Below, one piece after another: positions 50,721 to 60,453 of a DNA stretch of 64,000 nt. The position numbers were made by a program, and so were the translations under genes. The DNA is taken from the NCBI GenBank assembly GCA_965219995.1, contig CBDCOX010000002.1, positions 544,001 to 608,000 of the forward strand, read 5' to 3'. The notes below the pieces were generated by a model. That model was not told the origin of the DNA and made no database searches. It saw nothing but the letters and a program-made list of their open reading frames with translations. Every line of letters begins with the position of its first letter. Position 1 is the first letter of the stretch. This DNA comes from Candidatus Latescibacterota bacterium. GTDB lineage: Bacteria > Latescibacterota > UBA2968 > GCA-2709665.

Positions 50721-52436
50721 GTGTTCAAATATGGACGGTCTTGGCTATATAGTCTCGTGATAACGCTTATGGCGGCGGTTTGTGAGGACGCGTCGGCGGC
50801 CGGTCGCGTCCTCGTACGCAACGTGCGGGTGGACGGGGCCCATCGGATGTCGGAAGATCGTGTTCGGGGCTGGCTGACCACGCGCGCCGGCCTGCCGGTG
50901 GACAGCCTGCTGCTCGCGAACGACATGAGACGAATTCTGAACGGATATCGAAGAGCCGGATACTGGCAGGTATCCGTCGCGTATCCCGTGGTGGACCTGA
51001 ATCGGGGACGTGTGCGTTTTCGCGTCGAGGAGGGGAGACCCACCCTGATCGGTTCGGTCGAGATTTCCGGCAACCGGACCGCGGCGACCGACTCCCTGTT
51101 GGACGCGATGACCGCCCGCGCCGGGCGGCCGCTGGTAACGGAGTCCCTCGATTCGGACCTGGAGGCGCTCGTCCGTTTTTACGAGAACCGCGGGTATCCC
51201 TATTGTTCGCTGGCGCCGGAGGTGCGTGTTCTGCCGGGCAGCGACACGGCGCGGGTCCGGATTGCGGTGGAGGAGGGTCCCCTTGTGCGCGTGGATACGA
51301 TCCGCTTCACGGGCAACCGGATCACCCGTGTCGAGACACTCGTTAGAGAGATGCGGAGTACTCAGGGCAGGCCCTACGATCAGCGCCGGGTCGACCGCGC
51401 GCTGCGTGCGCTCCGACGGCTTCCGTTTCTGCTGGACGTGGATGACCCGGTGTTGGAGGCCGAGCCCGACGGACGTACGGCGCTGGTGGTTTCCGTCCGC
51501 GAAGCGCCGGCGGGGCGGATCGAAGGCGTCGTGGGCGTGGCGCCCCCATCGCGGGATGGCGCGCGGGGACTGACCGGATCGTTCGCCATCGCATTCGCCA
51601 ATCTGATGGGGAGCGGGCGGCAGACCGCCGCCTCGTGGTCGCGCAGGGGGCCCGCGGCGTCCGATCTGGATCTGCTCTATTTCGAACCGTGGATTCTGAG
51701 CCGGCCGTTAGGCCTGGATGCGACGCTTCTGATGCGGCAACGGCCCGGATTCGCCGAAGACCGGGTCGGTCTCGGCGTCAATCTGTCAACGGCCGGCGGC
51801 GTCGAAGTCCGGATCGGTGTTTCCGGGGGCGGCGTCCGACCGGATTCGAGCGGGGCGCCAGGTTTTGTGAAGGGTCGACTGTCATCTCTGGATGGTACGC
51901 TCGAATTCGACCGCAGAGACGATCGGTGGAATCCGATGGCGGGATCGATGTACCGTATCGGCCTCGTCTGGAGCCGCGTGACGCAGAACGACGACGCCGG
52001 CCGCAGGTTGCGCGCGACCGCGGAACTGCATCGAATTCAGGCGCTGGGGCGGCGGACGGCGCTCGCGGCGACCCTGCACGGCGCCGGCGTGGCGGAAAAC
52101 GGGGTCGCGCTCCCGGACGGACCGTTGCGACTTGGGGGCGCGACGACGATTCGAGGGTATCGCGAGGAGGCGTTTCTGGTGAACCGGGCGTTATGGACGA
52201 ATCTGGAGTGGCGGCTTATATTGGGTCGCCGGTCGCGGGCGTTTCTTTTCGTGGACGCCGGCGTTCTGAGGAATGCCGCGGGGGTTGAAGAGAACGGGCT
52301 GCGCTTCCCGCTGGGATTCGGGCTGGGGATGCGTACCGTATCCCGGCTGGGGACCATCGGGCTGGATTACGGTTTGACGAGAACCGACAACCTGGGGCGG
52401 GGAAAGGTGCACGTGCGTATGGTGAATGATTTCTAG
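50721..52436 (+). CDS. BamA/TamA (Omp85) family outer membrane protein
   Basis: POTRA-like repeats (YRRAGY, YENRGY, FTGN), LGGATTIRGY, C-terminal Phe. Confidence 0.85.
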   Translation: MFKYGRSWLYSLVITLMAAVCEDASAAGRVLVRNVRVDGAHRMSEDRVRGWLTTRAGLPVDSLLLANDMRRILNGYRRAGYWQVSVAYPVVDLNRGRVRFRVEEGRPTLIGSVEISGNRTAATDSLLDAMTARAGRPLVTESLDSDLEALVRFYENRGYPYCSLAPEVRVLPGSDTARVRIAVEEGPLVRVDTIRFTGNRITRVETLVREMRSTQGRPYDQRRVDRALRALRRLPFLLDVDDPVLEAEPDGRTALVVSVREAPAGRIEGVVGVAPPSRDGARGLTGSFAIAFANLMGSGRQTAASWSRRGPAASDLDLLYFEPWILSRPLGLDATLLMRQRPGFAEDRVGLGVNLSTAGGVEVRIGVSGGGVRPDSSGAPGFVKGRLSSLDGTLEFDRRDDRWNPMAGSMYRIGLVWSRVTQNDDAGRRLRATAELHRIQALGRRTALAATLHGAGVAENGVALPDGPLRLGGATTIRGYREEAFLVNRALWTNLEWRLILGRRSRAFLFVDAGVLRNAAGVEENGLRFPLGFGLGMRTVSRLGTIGLDYGLTRTDNLGRGKVHVRMVNDF

Positions 52437-52512
52437 AAGAAGATCGGATGGCAGGGGCAGGCTTCAAACCTGCACTTTCCGTGAGCAAACAGGAGATTTC
52501 TGCTCGACTCTT

Positions 52513-53328
52513 TCAAAATGGAAACAGGACGGGGGCATTCCCGGGCGTGAGCGGTGCGCCGTATTCGCAGACCTGAAAGGCTTCGGCGTAACGGACGGCG
52601 CGCCCGCGATGCTCGCCGTATCGGTCGACGAGAAGGGCGCGGTGGCGGTCCGCAACGGCCTTGAATTGCTCGAGCCTGTGTTCCAGCCACTTTCTGCGTT
52701 GGCCGGGCGATTTCGGCACGTCGTCGAGGTGGCCGGCTTTGTACGGCAGCCACTCGTACATCTGCGAAGTGTGGCAGTGCAGCATATCGAGCTTCTTGTC
52801 GACAACGGCGTCGATGTCGATAGCCACCTCGGGCGCAAAGGGCGCGGGAAACCGGAAGTTGTCGCTCAGATAGGCGATCACGGGGTTGTAGGATAGCGCG
52901 GGCACGTCCGTACAGACGTTGGGTACGGTGACCATATAGGCCGCGTCCTGAACCAGGATGGCGGTATACCGATGGTCCGGATGGTAATCGTTGGGCCGAT
53001 GGGTGAGGATGAGGTCCGGCGTATAGGAGCGGATCATGCGGATAACGTTCTTGCGATTCGCCAGCGTGGGTTCCAGTTCGCCGTCGTGGTTGTCCATCAC
53101 GTGGTATTCGATGCCCGCCACGGCGCCGGCGGCTTCGGCTTCCGCCCGCCGCCTGCGCGCGAGCGCGATGCCCCCCGTCTCGTGATGGCCCGCGTCTCCG
53201 TTTGTGATAGAGATGAAACGAACGTCGTGGCCGAGCGCCGCGTAGTGGATGGCAAGGCCGCCGGCCTTGATATCGCAGTCGTCGGGATGCGCCCCGAAGA
53301 CGATGACTCTGAGGGATCGGTTCCGCAC
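52513..53328 (-). CDS. PIG-L family deacetylase
   Basis: GAHPDD, TNGDAG, RRAEA, DYHPDH, CHTSQ. Confidence 0.9.
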   Translation of the reverse strand: MRNRSLRVIVFGAHPDDCDIKAGGLAIHYAALGHDVRFISITNGDAGHHETGGIALARRRRAEAEAAGAVAGIEYHVMDNHDGELEPTLANRKNVIRMIRSYTPDLILTHRPNDYHPDHRYTAILVQDAAYMVTVPNVCTDVPALSYNPVIAYLSDNFRFPAPFAPEVAIDIDAVVDKKLDMLHCHTSQMYEWLPYKAGHLDDVPKSPGQRRKWLEHRLEQFKAVADRHRALLVDRYGEHRGRAVRYAEAFQVCEYGAPLTPGNAPVLFPF

Positions 53329-53335
53329 GGTCGGC

Positions 53336-55051
53336 TCAGTTCGGGTTCGGGTGGTAGATGGCCTCGATCGAAATCCCGGTCCGGTCCCGGGGCAAGGACG
53401 CAAGGCAGACGGGTTCCCGGTACCGGATTCCCGTATCCGGTCGCACGGCGACACCGTCCACCAGGATCTTATTCATCGCCGCGCCGGCGAATTCCTGTGG
53501 TATCTGGATGCGGAGATCCGGGTGAGGCGAACGGCCCTGAAGGTTGAAGTTCAGTCTTGAACCTTCCCATTTCAGGTGGGTGATTCGCCACGAATCGCGT
53601 GCGCTCCAGAAGGCCGCCCACTGGTCGAACGACCAGATCGGCAGGCCGAATCTGTTCGCCTGGCGCAGCAGTTCCCGGCCCTGGTCCTCGGAAAACCTGA
53701 CCCAGTTTCCCGGGTGGATGCAGGCGCCGTAGGGGGTATGGAACCGGGTCGTGATATCGGTGAAGATACGCTCCAGCATCACTGAGAACACAGGCGGCGA
53801 CAGCTTGTAGGAATAGTCCTGTGGGCCGAACCAGCCGTCGTCGATCACGTGGGTGTGCTGCTGGTAGACGTTGACGAGGCGGCCGTCCGGGTGGCAGAAG
53901 CGCATCGGGAGCGCCGCGCCGAAAGCCGCGTAGGGCGCGCTCTCCCGGTCTCTCATATAGGTTCCTGAAAAGTAGTTGCCGTCCATCTGTATGCCCAGTT
54001 TTTCCATCACGTCCACGAGGTCCAGATATCCCGCCCACGCGGTGCAGTGATTGCGCACGGTACGCGCGGGAATCCGGAACTTCTCCTGGAACATGCGCAC
54101 CTGGCGCTCGAATTCGGCAACGCGTTCCTTTACCGGACGGCCATCCAGCGGGCGAAGGTTCGGGTGCGGCCCGACGTCGTGGGCGCCGGCGTATCTCGCC
54201 ACGTCTTCCGGCGTGGATTTGGTATGGTTGGGGATGATGTACAGGCTCATGCGCCCCCCTGCATCGGAAACGCCCCTGAACTCATCCTCGTTCGAAGCAA
54301 CGTCGGCGTAGTCCTCGTCGCCGGAGTACAGCAGGATGCCCGGCGCGGTGCCGGGAAGGTGGGACAGAAAGGGCGCCGGCGCGGGCAGATACCGGCGGGT
54401 CAGGTCCACGAGCAGCCGGGAGAGCAGGTCGGCATGGGGAATCCAGCCGGCATCGTACGGGCCCACCCGCGCGGCCATGTGCGTTGGCCGTGCGCATCCG
54501 TCGCCGTCGGGAATGCGCTCTGCAAGGCCGGGATCGCCCTGGCGCAGCAAGAGTACGCAACGGGGCAGGTCGAAGGCGAAGGCGACGATTCTCCCGCTGC
54601 CGAGGCGGGTCTCCGAAATGCCGACGGTTTCGCCGTCATAGCGCCCCGGATGAGACAGGAAGGCCAGCGGTTTGGCGGTTTCCGAATGTTCCCACTCGTG
54701 AGTGGACCCCACGACCGGAACGAATTCGCCGGCCAGGCCGCCGGTGGGATACGCGACGTTCCGCAGCCGCTGCGGCGGTTCTTTCGTGCCCCGCACCTTC
54801 AGCCCGGCCGCGCGCGCAAGCGCCCTTCCCGGCAGGAAACAGACAACCGTGCCTCCCCTCCGGGCGTAATCCGTGAGCCTGGCATCGTCCTGATTCGCCG
54901 GACACACAAGAACGGGAATCCCGGCGGGCTGCAGGCTGGGTAACCGGTCGCGGGTAACCGGCGTAACCAGCGGAAGCCCCCAGGACTTGAAGATCTCGTC
55001 GATGTACGCCGAAAGATTGGACCGGCCTGTCAGAATTCCGATCTGCATCAT
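53336..55051 (-). CDS. Hypothetical protein with a polysaccharide-deacetylase-like domain
   Basis: GDED, VGPHP, RNHC, IHP motifs; operonic overlap with upstream gene. Confidence 0.6.
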   Translation of the reverse strand: MMQIGILTGRSNLSAYIDEIFKSWGLPLVTPVTRDRLPSLQPAGIPVLVCPANQDDARLTDYARRGGTVVCFLPGRALARAAGLKVRGTKEPPQRLRNVAYPTGGLAGEFVPVVGSTHEWEHSETAKPLAFLSHPGRYDGETVGISETRLGSGRIVAFAFDLPRCVLLLRQGDPGLAERIPDGDGCARPTHMAARVGPYDAGWIPHADLLSRLLVDLTRRYLPAPAPFLSHLPGTAPGILLYSGDEDYADVASNEDEFRGVSDAGGRMSLYIIPNHTKSTPEDVARYAGAHDVGPHPNLRPLDGRPVKERVAEFERQVRMFQEKFRIPARTVRNHCTAWAGYLDLVDVMEKLGIQMDGNYFSGTYMRDRESAPYAAFGAALPMRFCHPDGRLVNVYQQHTHVIDDGWFGPQDYSYKLSPPVFSVMLERIFTDITTRFHTPYGACIHPGNWVRFSEDQGRELLRQANRFGLPIWSFDQWAAFWSARDSWRITHLKWEGSRLNFNLQGRSPHPDLRIQIPQEFAGAAMNKILVDGVAVRPDTGIRYREPVCLASLPRDRTGISIEAIYHPNPN

Positions 55052-56220
55052 CCGGTCCTTTCGGGCATCGTGCCGGAGGGCCTTGCGTTTGCGGGACGGA
55101 AGTCGGGGACGTTCATGGGTTGGGTCCCTCGGTCGATAGACTCCGCCGCCAGGATGGCCGGTGCGGCGGTCTCGATTGCCCGGTACACGTCGAATTCGAG
55201 GGCCTTCCCTTCACGGACGGCGTCCCGGAACGCGGCATGTACGTAGTAGTCGGCGTCGCCGTGGCCGCTTGCCCGCGCTTCGGCGGGTGCGCCGGTGCGC
55301 TCGAAGCGCCAGTCGACTTCGGCCATATCGTGCATCTGGTCGTCGGCCAGCCACATGAGCGGACGCCCTCTCTGCGATCGCTTCCATTCGACGCTGCCCC
55401 TGGTACCGAGCACCTGGTACCAGTGGTGACCCCGGCTGCTGGGTATCTTCTGCGTGAATCCGGCGGCCATCCTCAGGATCGCATCCTTCTCCGTCTTCAT
55501 CAGCGCCACCTGGATATCGGGCTGGCCGATTTCCGGATGGGAATAACTGGGCGCCGCGGTGCTCATGGCCGTCACTTCCACCACGCGGTCGTCCAGTACC
55601 CTGAGCATGGGGCTGAGTTCGTGGGGAAGGTAGTGGATGGGCGGCATTTCGTGGAGCCAGGTCGGTCTGGCGCTTGCGTGCCCGCCCAACTGTTCCACCG
55701 AATGGAATTCTCCGGTGTCCGGGTCCTGAAAGAACTGGCGCGTGCCGTAGTACCCGATATACTGGCCTTCGCAGAAGGTGACCCTGCCCAGCCGTCCACG
55801 CGCCACCAGGTCCCGCCAGGTGTCCACGAAACCCCAGTATCTCGTTTGTTCGGCCAGCTGGTAGACCAGGCCCGTGCGCTCGACCTGCGTGACGATGCGC
55901 CAGCAGTCTTCCAGGGTATGGGCTGCCGGAACCTCGGAGTTCACGTGTTTGCCTGCTTCCAGGGCCATGGCCGCCAGTGCGCCCTGCTCCCTGCAGCGGA
56001 CGCACAGGGCGATGGCGTCCACGTTATTGTCGGCGAGGATGTCATCGTAAACCGCATACGCTCTGGCCGGGTTCTCGACCGCGGACAGCGCCCGTTCGTG
56101 CAGCGCGGCGATCGGGTCGCAAACGGCCGTTATACGGTAACCGCGGAGGCGCTGAAGCAGGCGGAGCCAGTGCAGACCCCGGTGGCCGAGGCCCACGAGG
56201 CCCACGCGAATGTCATCCAT
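55048..56220 (-). CDS. Gfo/Idh/MocA family oxidoreductase
   Basis: VGLVGLGHRG, GKHVNSEVP, YLPHELSP, GHGDAD. Confidence 0.87.
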   Translation of the reverse strand: MDDIRVGLVGLGHRGLHWLRLLQRLRGYRITAVCDPIAALHERALSAVENPARAYAVYDDILADNNVDAIALCVRCREQGALAAMALEAGKHVNSEVPAAHTLEDCWRIVTQVERTGLVYQLAEQTRYWGFVDTWRDLVARGRLGRVTFCEGQYIGYYGTRQFFQDPDTGEFHSVEQLGGHASARPTWLHEMPPIHYLPHELSPMLRVLDDRVVEVTAMSTAAPSYSHPEIGQPDIQVALMKTEKDAILRMAAGFTQKIPSSRGHHWYQVLGTRGSVEWKRSQRGRPLMWLADDQMHDMAEVDWRFERTGAPAEARASGHGDADYYVHAAFRDAVREGKALEFDVYRAIETAAPAILAAESIDRGTQPMNVPDFRPANARPSGTMPERTG

Positions 56221-56360
56221 TGGGAACCTCGGATCGTTGTCCGGCGAATGGCGGGGATGGAATGCCGGGCCCGCATCAGGCGGCCGTGGCGGGAGCCTTA
56301 CGAATATACGGATCTTTGGCCGTCGCGCAAGCGCATCGATCGACAGCCGCTCTCACGGAG

Positions 56361-57590
56361 TCACTGGACCGTGGGTTTTGGGGGACCGGGATCGGATGCG
56401 CGATGAACGTAGTACAGTCCGATGCCGCAGGCCACCGCCCCCAGTGCGAATACGGTGCCGATGGCGAAGGGCACCGACGTACCCCAGTCGATGAGTTTGC
56501 CGCCGCCCAGGCTGCCGGAGAGCATGCCGGCGCTCCAGGCCACGTGCGCGCTGCCGACCACCCGGCCCTCTTCTCCCTCCCGGGCGGTCAACTGGAGGAT
56601 ACCGGGCATGGTGGTGGAAAGGGACCAGGCGAAAACGGATGCCACGATCCCGAAAATGTACAGGCCGGCGAGCGTGTGTGCTGTAAACGTCAGGCCCACG
56701 GCACTGACGGCCACGAGCGAGGACGAGATGACGACGGGCCTCCAGCGGCCGATGCGATCGACCAGCCGGCCGGTCAGCAACTGGGAGCCGCAGGCTGCGA
56801 CCAGGCTGATGGCGCTGTACGTGGTGACGGACGTGTTGGTTCCGGAGACCCGGAAGATGAGCAATGGGATGAGCAGAGTCACGGCGCCCCAGTAGCTGGT
56901 GGGCAGGTACCGGATGGCCAGCAGCAGACGGACTTCGCGGCGGCGGCACAGGTCGATGAATCCGGCAAGAGACCGGGTGGCCGATCCGCCGGCATTCCGG
57001 GGACGGGGCAGGCTGGGCAACAGGACGAGCGACAGAACGACGATACCCGCGGCGGTGGCGCAGGCCAGAACCCCGAGGCGTTCGTATCCCAGGTTGTCGG
57101 CGATGGGACCGGCCAGCAGGTTGCCCGCGGCGCTGCCGAGCGTGCTGCTCAGGAAATATCCGCCGGCCGCCATGCCCAGGATGCGTGCGGGAACGGCGCC
57201 CAGCAGATAGCTCTGTCCGCCCGTGCTGCTGAATCCGAAGGTCATGCCCAGGCCGATACAAAGGGCGGAAAGGAGGTACGGATCGCCGGTCAGAAAGATG
57301 GCCCCCGCCAGCAGCGGCCCGAACTGGCCCAGAATCAGCACTCGCTTGATGCCGAAGGCGTCGCACAGCATGCCGGCGGGCACGGAGCAGAGGCCTCCCA
57401 GCATGAAGAAGAGGCCGCGCAGACCGGCCGAAAAGAGGGGGGAGCGGGCAAGACCGGCTTCCACGTATACGGGGAGGAGCGAGGAATAGAGAGGACTGGA
57501 GACGAAACTGGCAAGAAAGGAAACGAGGAGCAGGGCGACGAACCGACGGTTCAGCAACGCCTTCAGGCCTGCGGAGGAATATTCGGTCAT
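56361..57590 (-). CDS. MFS transporter
   Basis: About 12 TM segments; GMLCDAFGIKR and GRLVDRIGR motif A. Confidence 0.88.
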   Translation of the reverse strand: MTEYSSAGLKALLNRRFVALLLVSFLASFVSSPLYSSLLPVYVEAGLARSPLFSAGLRGLFFMLGGLCSVPAGMLCDAFGIKRVLILGQFGPLLAGAIFLTGDPYLLSALCIGLGMTFGFSSTGGQSYLLGAVPARILGMAAGGYFLSSTLGSAAGNLLAGPIADNLGYERLGVLACATAAGIVVLSLVLLPSLPRPRNAGGSATRSLAGFIDLCRRREVRLLLAIRYLPTSYWGAVTLLIPLLIFRVSGTNTSVTTYSAISLVAACGSQLLTGRLVDRIGRWRPVVISSSLVAVSAVGLTFTAHTLAGLYIFGIVASVFAWSLSTTMPGILQLTAREGEEGRVVGSAHVAWSAGMLSGSLGGGKLIDWGTSVPFAIGTVFALGAVACGIGLYYVHRASDPGPPKPTVQ

Positions 57591-57780
57591 TGGTGAACCG
57601 GATTTGGGCGATTCGCGTTCGAAAGCGCTGGACAACGAAATGCGGCGAAATCATATTACGATGTGGCCTGAAACCCGACTATTATGGACGATCGCAGCCG
57701 CAATGTCAACCGAAAAGGGGATTCGCGGGGCGGAAGCGCGCTCGGGGTCATTGGCGGATGTCGGCACAGAGGGGTCTGGT

Positions 57781-58311
57781 ATGGCGACAAAGAAGAAGAA
57801 GGTGATTCCAGGCTGGACCGGGAGGTACTATGAGGATTTCGCCGAGGGCGAAGTCTACCGGAGCCGGTTCGGCCGGACGGTCACGGAGGCCGACAACCAG
57901 CTGTTCACGCACCTGACCCTGAATACCAATCCGCTCCACTTCGACGAGGAGTATGCCCGGCGGACGCGGTGGGGGAAGATCCTGGTGAACAGTACCTTTA
58001 CGCTTTCGCTGGTCGTTGGCATGAGCGTCCCCGACGTGAGCGAGCAGGCAATGGCGAATCTGGGATGGAGCGAGGTCCGGCTGCCCCATCCGGTATTCGT
58101 AGGAGATACGCTCTATTGCGAGACGGAGGTGCTCGCCATGCGTGAGTCCGGGTCGTTCCAGGAAGCGGGCATTGTGACGGTTCGGACGCGGGGCGTGAAT
58201 CAGGACGGCCGGGTCGTTATCGATCTGACTCGCAGCGTAATGGTGTACAAGCGGGCGCATGCGCCGTCGGGAAGCGCCTTTCCCGAGATTCGCGAGGAGA
58301 CGGACGGGTGA
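57781..58311 (+). CDS. MaoC family (R)-hydratase, RipB/Ich-like
   Basis: YYEDF, GRTVTEADN, NPLHFD, NLGW, PVFVGDTLY. Confidence 0.85.
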   Translation: MATKKKKVIPGWTGRYYEDFAEGEVYRSRFGRTVTEADNQLFTHLTLNTNPLHFDEEYARRTRWGKILVNSTFTLSLVVGMSVPDVSEQAMANLGWSEVRLPHPVFVGDTLYCETEVLAMRESGSFQEAGIVTVRTRGVNQDGRVVIDLTRSVMVYKRAHAPSGSAFPEIREETDG

Positions 58312-59156
58312 ATGCGATGCGGTCCTGGCTCTTTGTTCCGGGACACCGGCAGCGGATGATCGACAAGGCGGCCGGATTGCCGGCGGACGTTCTGATTTAC
58401 GATCTGGAGGACGGCGTTCCGGCGGACGCGAAGGACGCCGCCCGCCGGCAGGTCGCCGCCGCGCTGGGTGCGGCGTCCGGTCGCCCGGCGCGGTACGTGC
58501 GCGTCCATCCGGCCGGGTCCGCCGAATGGGACGCCGATCTGGATGCGGTCGCGCGTCCCGGGCTGCAGGGACTCGTGTTGCCCAAGGTGCAGGGGCCTGA
58601 GGACGTACTTCAACTGTGTGGAAGGCTGGACCGGCAAGAGGCGTCGACCGGGATGAAATCAGGCGGTGTCAGGCTGCTGGCAACCATCGAAAGCGCCGCG
58701 GGCCTGGTTCAGGCCCCCTCAATTGCTTCCGCAACGCCCAGGCTGGTGGGGCTTATGTTCGGCGCGGAGGACTTCGCGCTGGATCTGGGCCTCTTGTCGC
58801 GCCCGGGACAGGGGCTTGTCGCCTACGCCCGATCGGCGCTGACGGTGGCCGCGGCGTGCGGTCGAATCCGGGCTGTAGACAAGGTTTATACGGACGTCCG
58901 GGATCCTGACGGATTGGTCATGGAGGCGCGGGAAGCCCGGGGTCTGGGGCTTGCCGGAAAGGCCGTGATACACCCGGGTCAGATCGATGCCGTGAATGAA
59001 ATCTTCAGCCCTTCGGAAGTCGAGGTAAGCCGGGCCCGTCGAATCGTCACGGCATTCGAAGGCCGGCCGGGCGGCGGCGCGGCATCCGTGGACGGAAAGA
59101 TGGTGGACCGGCCGGTTCTGGAGCAGGCGCGAAGAATTCTGGATCGTCTCGAATAG
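58308..59156 (+). CDS. CitE/HpcH family CoA ester lyase
   Basis: RSWLFVPG, DLEDGV, LPKV, IESA, FGAED, IHPGQ, GKMVD. Confidence 0.9.
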   Translation: MNAMRSWLFVPGHRQRMIDKAAGLPADVLIYDLEDGVPADAKDAARRQVAAALGAASGRPARYVRVHPAGSAEWDADLDAVARPGLQGLVLPKVQGPEDVLQLCGRLDRQEASTGMKSGGVRLLATIESAAGLVQAPSIASATPRLVGLMFGAEDFALDLGLLSRPGQGLVAYARSALTVAAACGRIRAVDKVYTDVRDPDGLVMEAREARGLGLAGKAVIHPGQIDAVNEIFSPSEVEVSRARRIVTAFEGRPGGGAASVDGKMVDRPVLEQARRILDRLE

Positions 59157-59168
59157 CGGGAGAACCCG

Positions 59169-60374
59169 GTGGGAGAACAAAATCAACACCCGCCCCTGGA
59201 AGGAATGAGGATTGTCTCGGTGGAGCAGTTCGGGGCCGGCCCGTGGGGCACGATGATGCTGGCGGACCTGGGGGCGGAAGTCATCAAGGTCGAGAACCCC
59301 GAGACCCGCGGCGACGTCGCGCGTTACGTGCCGCCATATACCGTCGAGCAGGACAGCCTTTACTTCCAGAGTTTCAACCGGAACAAGAAGAGCATCACGC
59401 TGAATCTGCGGCGCCCGGGGGCCACGGAGGTGCTGCACCGGCTGGTCAGCATTTCGGACGGGGTGTTCAACAACCTGCGCGGAGACCTTCCCGCCCGGCT
59501 CGGGCTCGACTATCCGGCTCTGTGCGAGGTCAAGGCTTCGATCGTGTGCTGCTCCCTCTCCGCGTTCGGGCGCGGCGGACCCCGGGCGGAGGAGCCGGGT
59601 TACGACTATCTGATGCAGGGATATGCGGGCTGGATGAGCCTTGCGGGGGAGCCCGGCGGCCCGCCGACCAAAACCGGACTCTCGCTTGTGGACCTCGCCG
59701 CGGGTACCCTGGCGAGCCTGGGCATGGCGAGCGCGATCTTCCGGGCGAGGCGGACGGGACTTGGGTGCGACGTGGACGTGAATCTGTTCGACACGGCGCT
59801 GGCGCATCTGGGGTACGTGGCGGCGTGGTACCTGACGAAGGGGTATCAGGCGCATCGGACGCCCGATTCATCGCACCCCTCGCAGGTCCCGTCGCAGGTG
59901 GTGCCGACCCGCGACGGATGGCTCGTGATCATGTGCGCAAAGGAGAAGTTCTTTCGAAATCTGGTACACGTGCTGGGAGCGCCGGAACTGGCTGAGGACA
60001 GCCGATTTTCATCGTTCGCGGATCGCCTGGAGAACAGGGAGATTCTGGTTCCGATCCTGAAGGACCGATTCCGCACGAAAACAACCGCCGACTGGCTGGC
60101 GCTGCTCAGGGGCAAGGTGCCCTGCGCCCCCGTGAATACGGTTGCGGAGGCCTTTGCCGACCCGCACGTCGCCGAGAACGACATGATCCTGGATTTGCCG
60201 CATCCGCAATTCGGCGCCGCCCGGGTGGTCGCCAGTCCCGTCAAGGTCGGCGGCGCGTCGGTCCAACACCGGCGAGGGCCCTCATTGGGAGAGCATAACG
60301 GCTCGATTCTGGGCGAGTATCTCGGGTATTCCGACCACGAGATCGAGAAGCTCCGCAGCGACGGCGCCATTTGA
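59169..60374 (+). CDS. CaiB/BaiF (family III) CoA transferase
   Basis: PLEG, LADLGAEVIKVE, NRNKKS, PGYD, LGEHN. Confidence 0.92.
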   Translation: MGEQNQHPPLEGMRIVSVEQFGAGPWGTMMLADLGAEVIKVENPETRGDVARYVPPYTVEQDSLYFQSFNRNKKSITLNLRRPGATEVLHRLVSISDGVFNNLRGDLPARLGLDYPALCEVKASIVCCSLSAFGRGGPRAEEPGYDYLMQGYAGWMSLAGEPGGPPTKTGLSLVDLAAGTLASLGMASAIFRARRTGLGCDVDVNLFDTALAHLGYVAAWYLTKGYQAHRTPDSSHPSQVPSQVVPTRDGWLVIMCAKEKFFRNLVHVLGAPELAEDSRFSSFADRLENREILVPILKDRFRTKTTADWLALLRGKVPCAPVNTVAEAFADPHVAENDMILDLPHPQFGAARVVASPVKVGGASVQHRRGPSLGEHNGSILGEYLGYSDHEIEKLRSDGAI

Positions 60375-60453
60375 ATGAATGCGACGGGAAGGACAACACG
60401 GCCGAGCCGCGAGCCGACCGCAGCGGATCGGGCGCCACAATAAAGGAGGCCCA

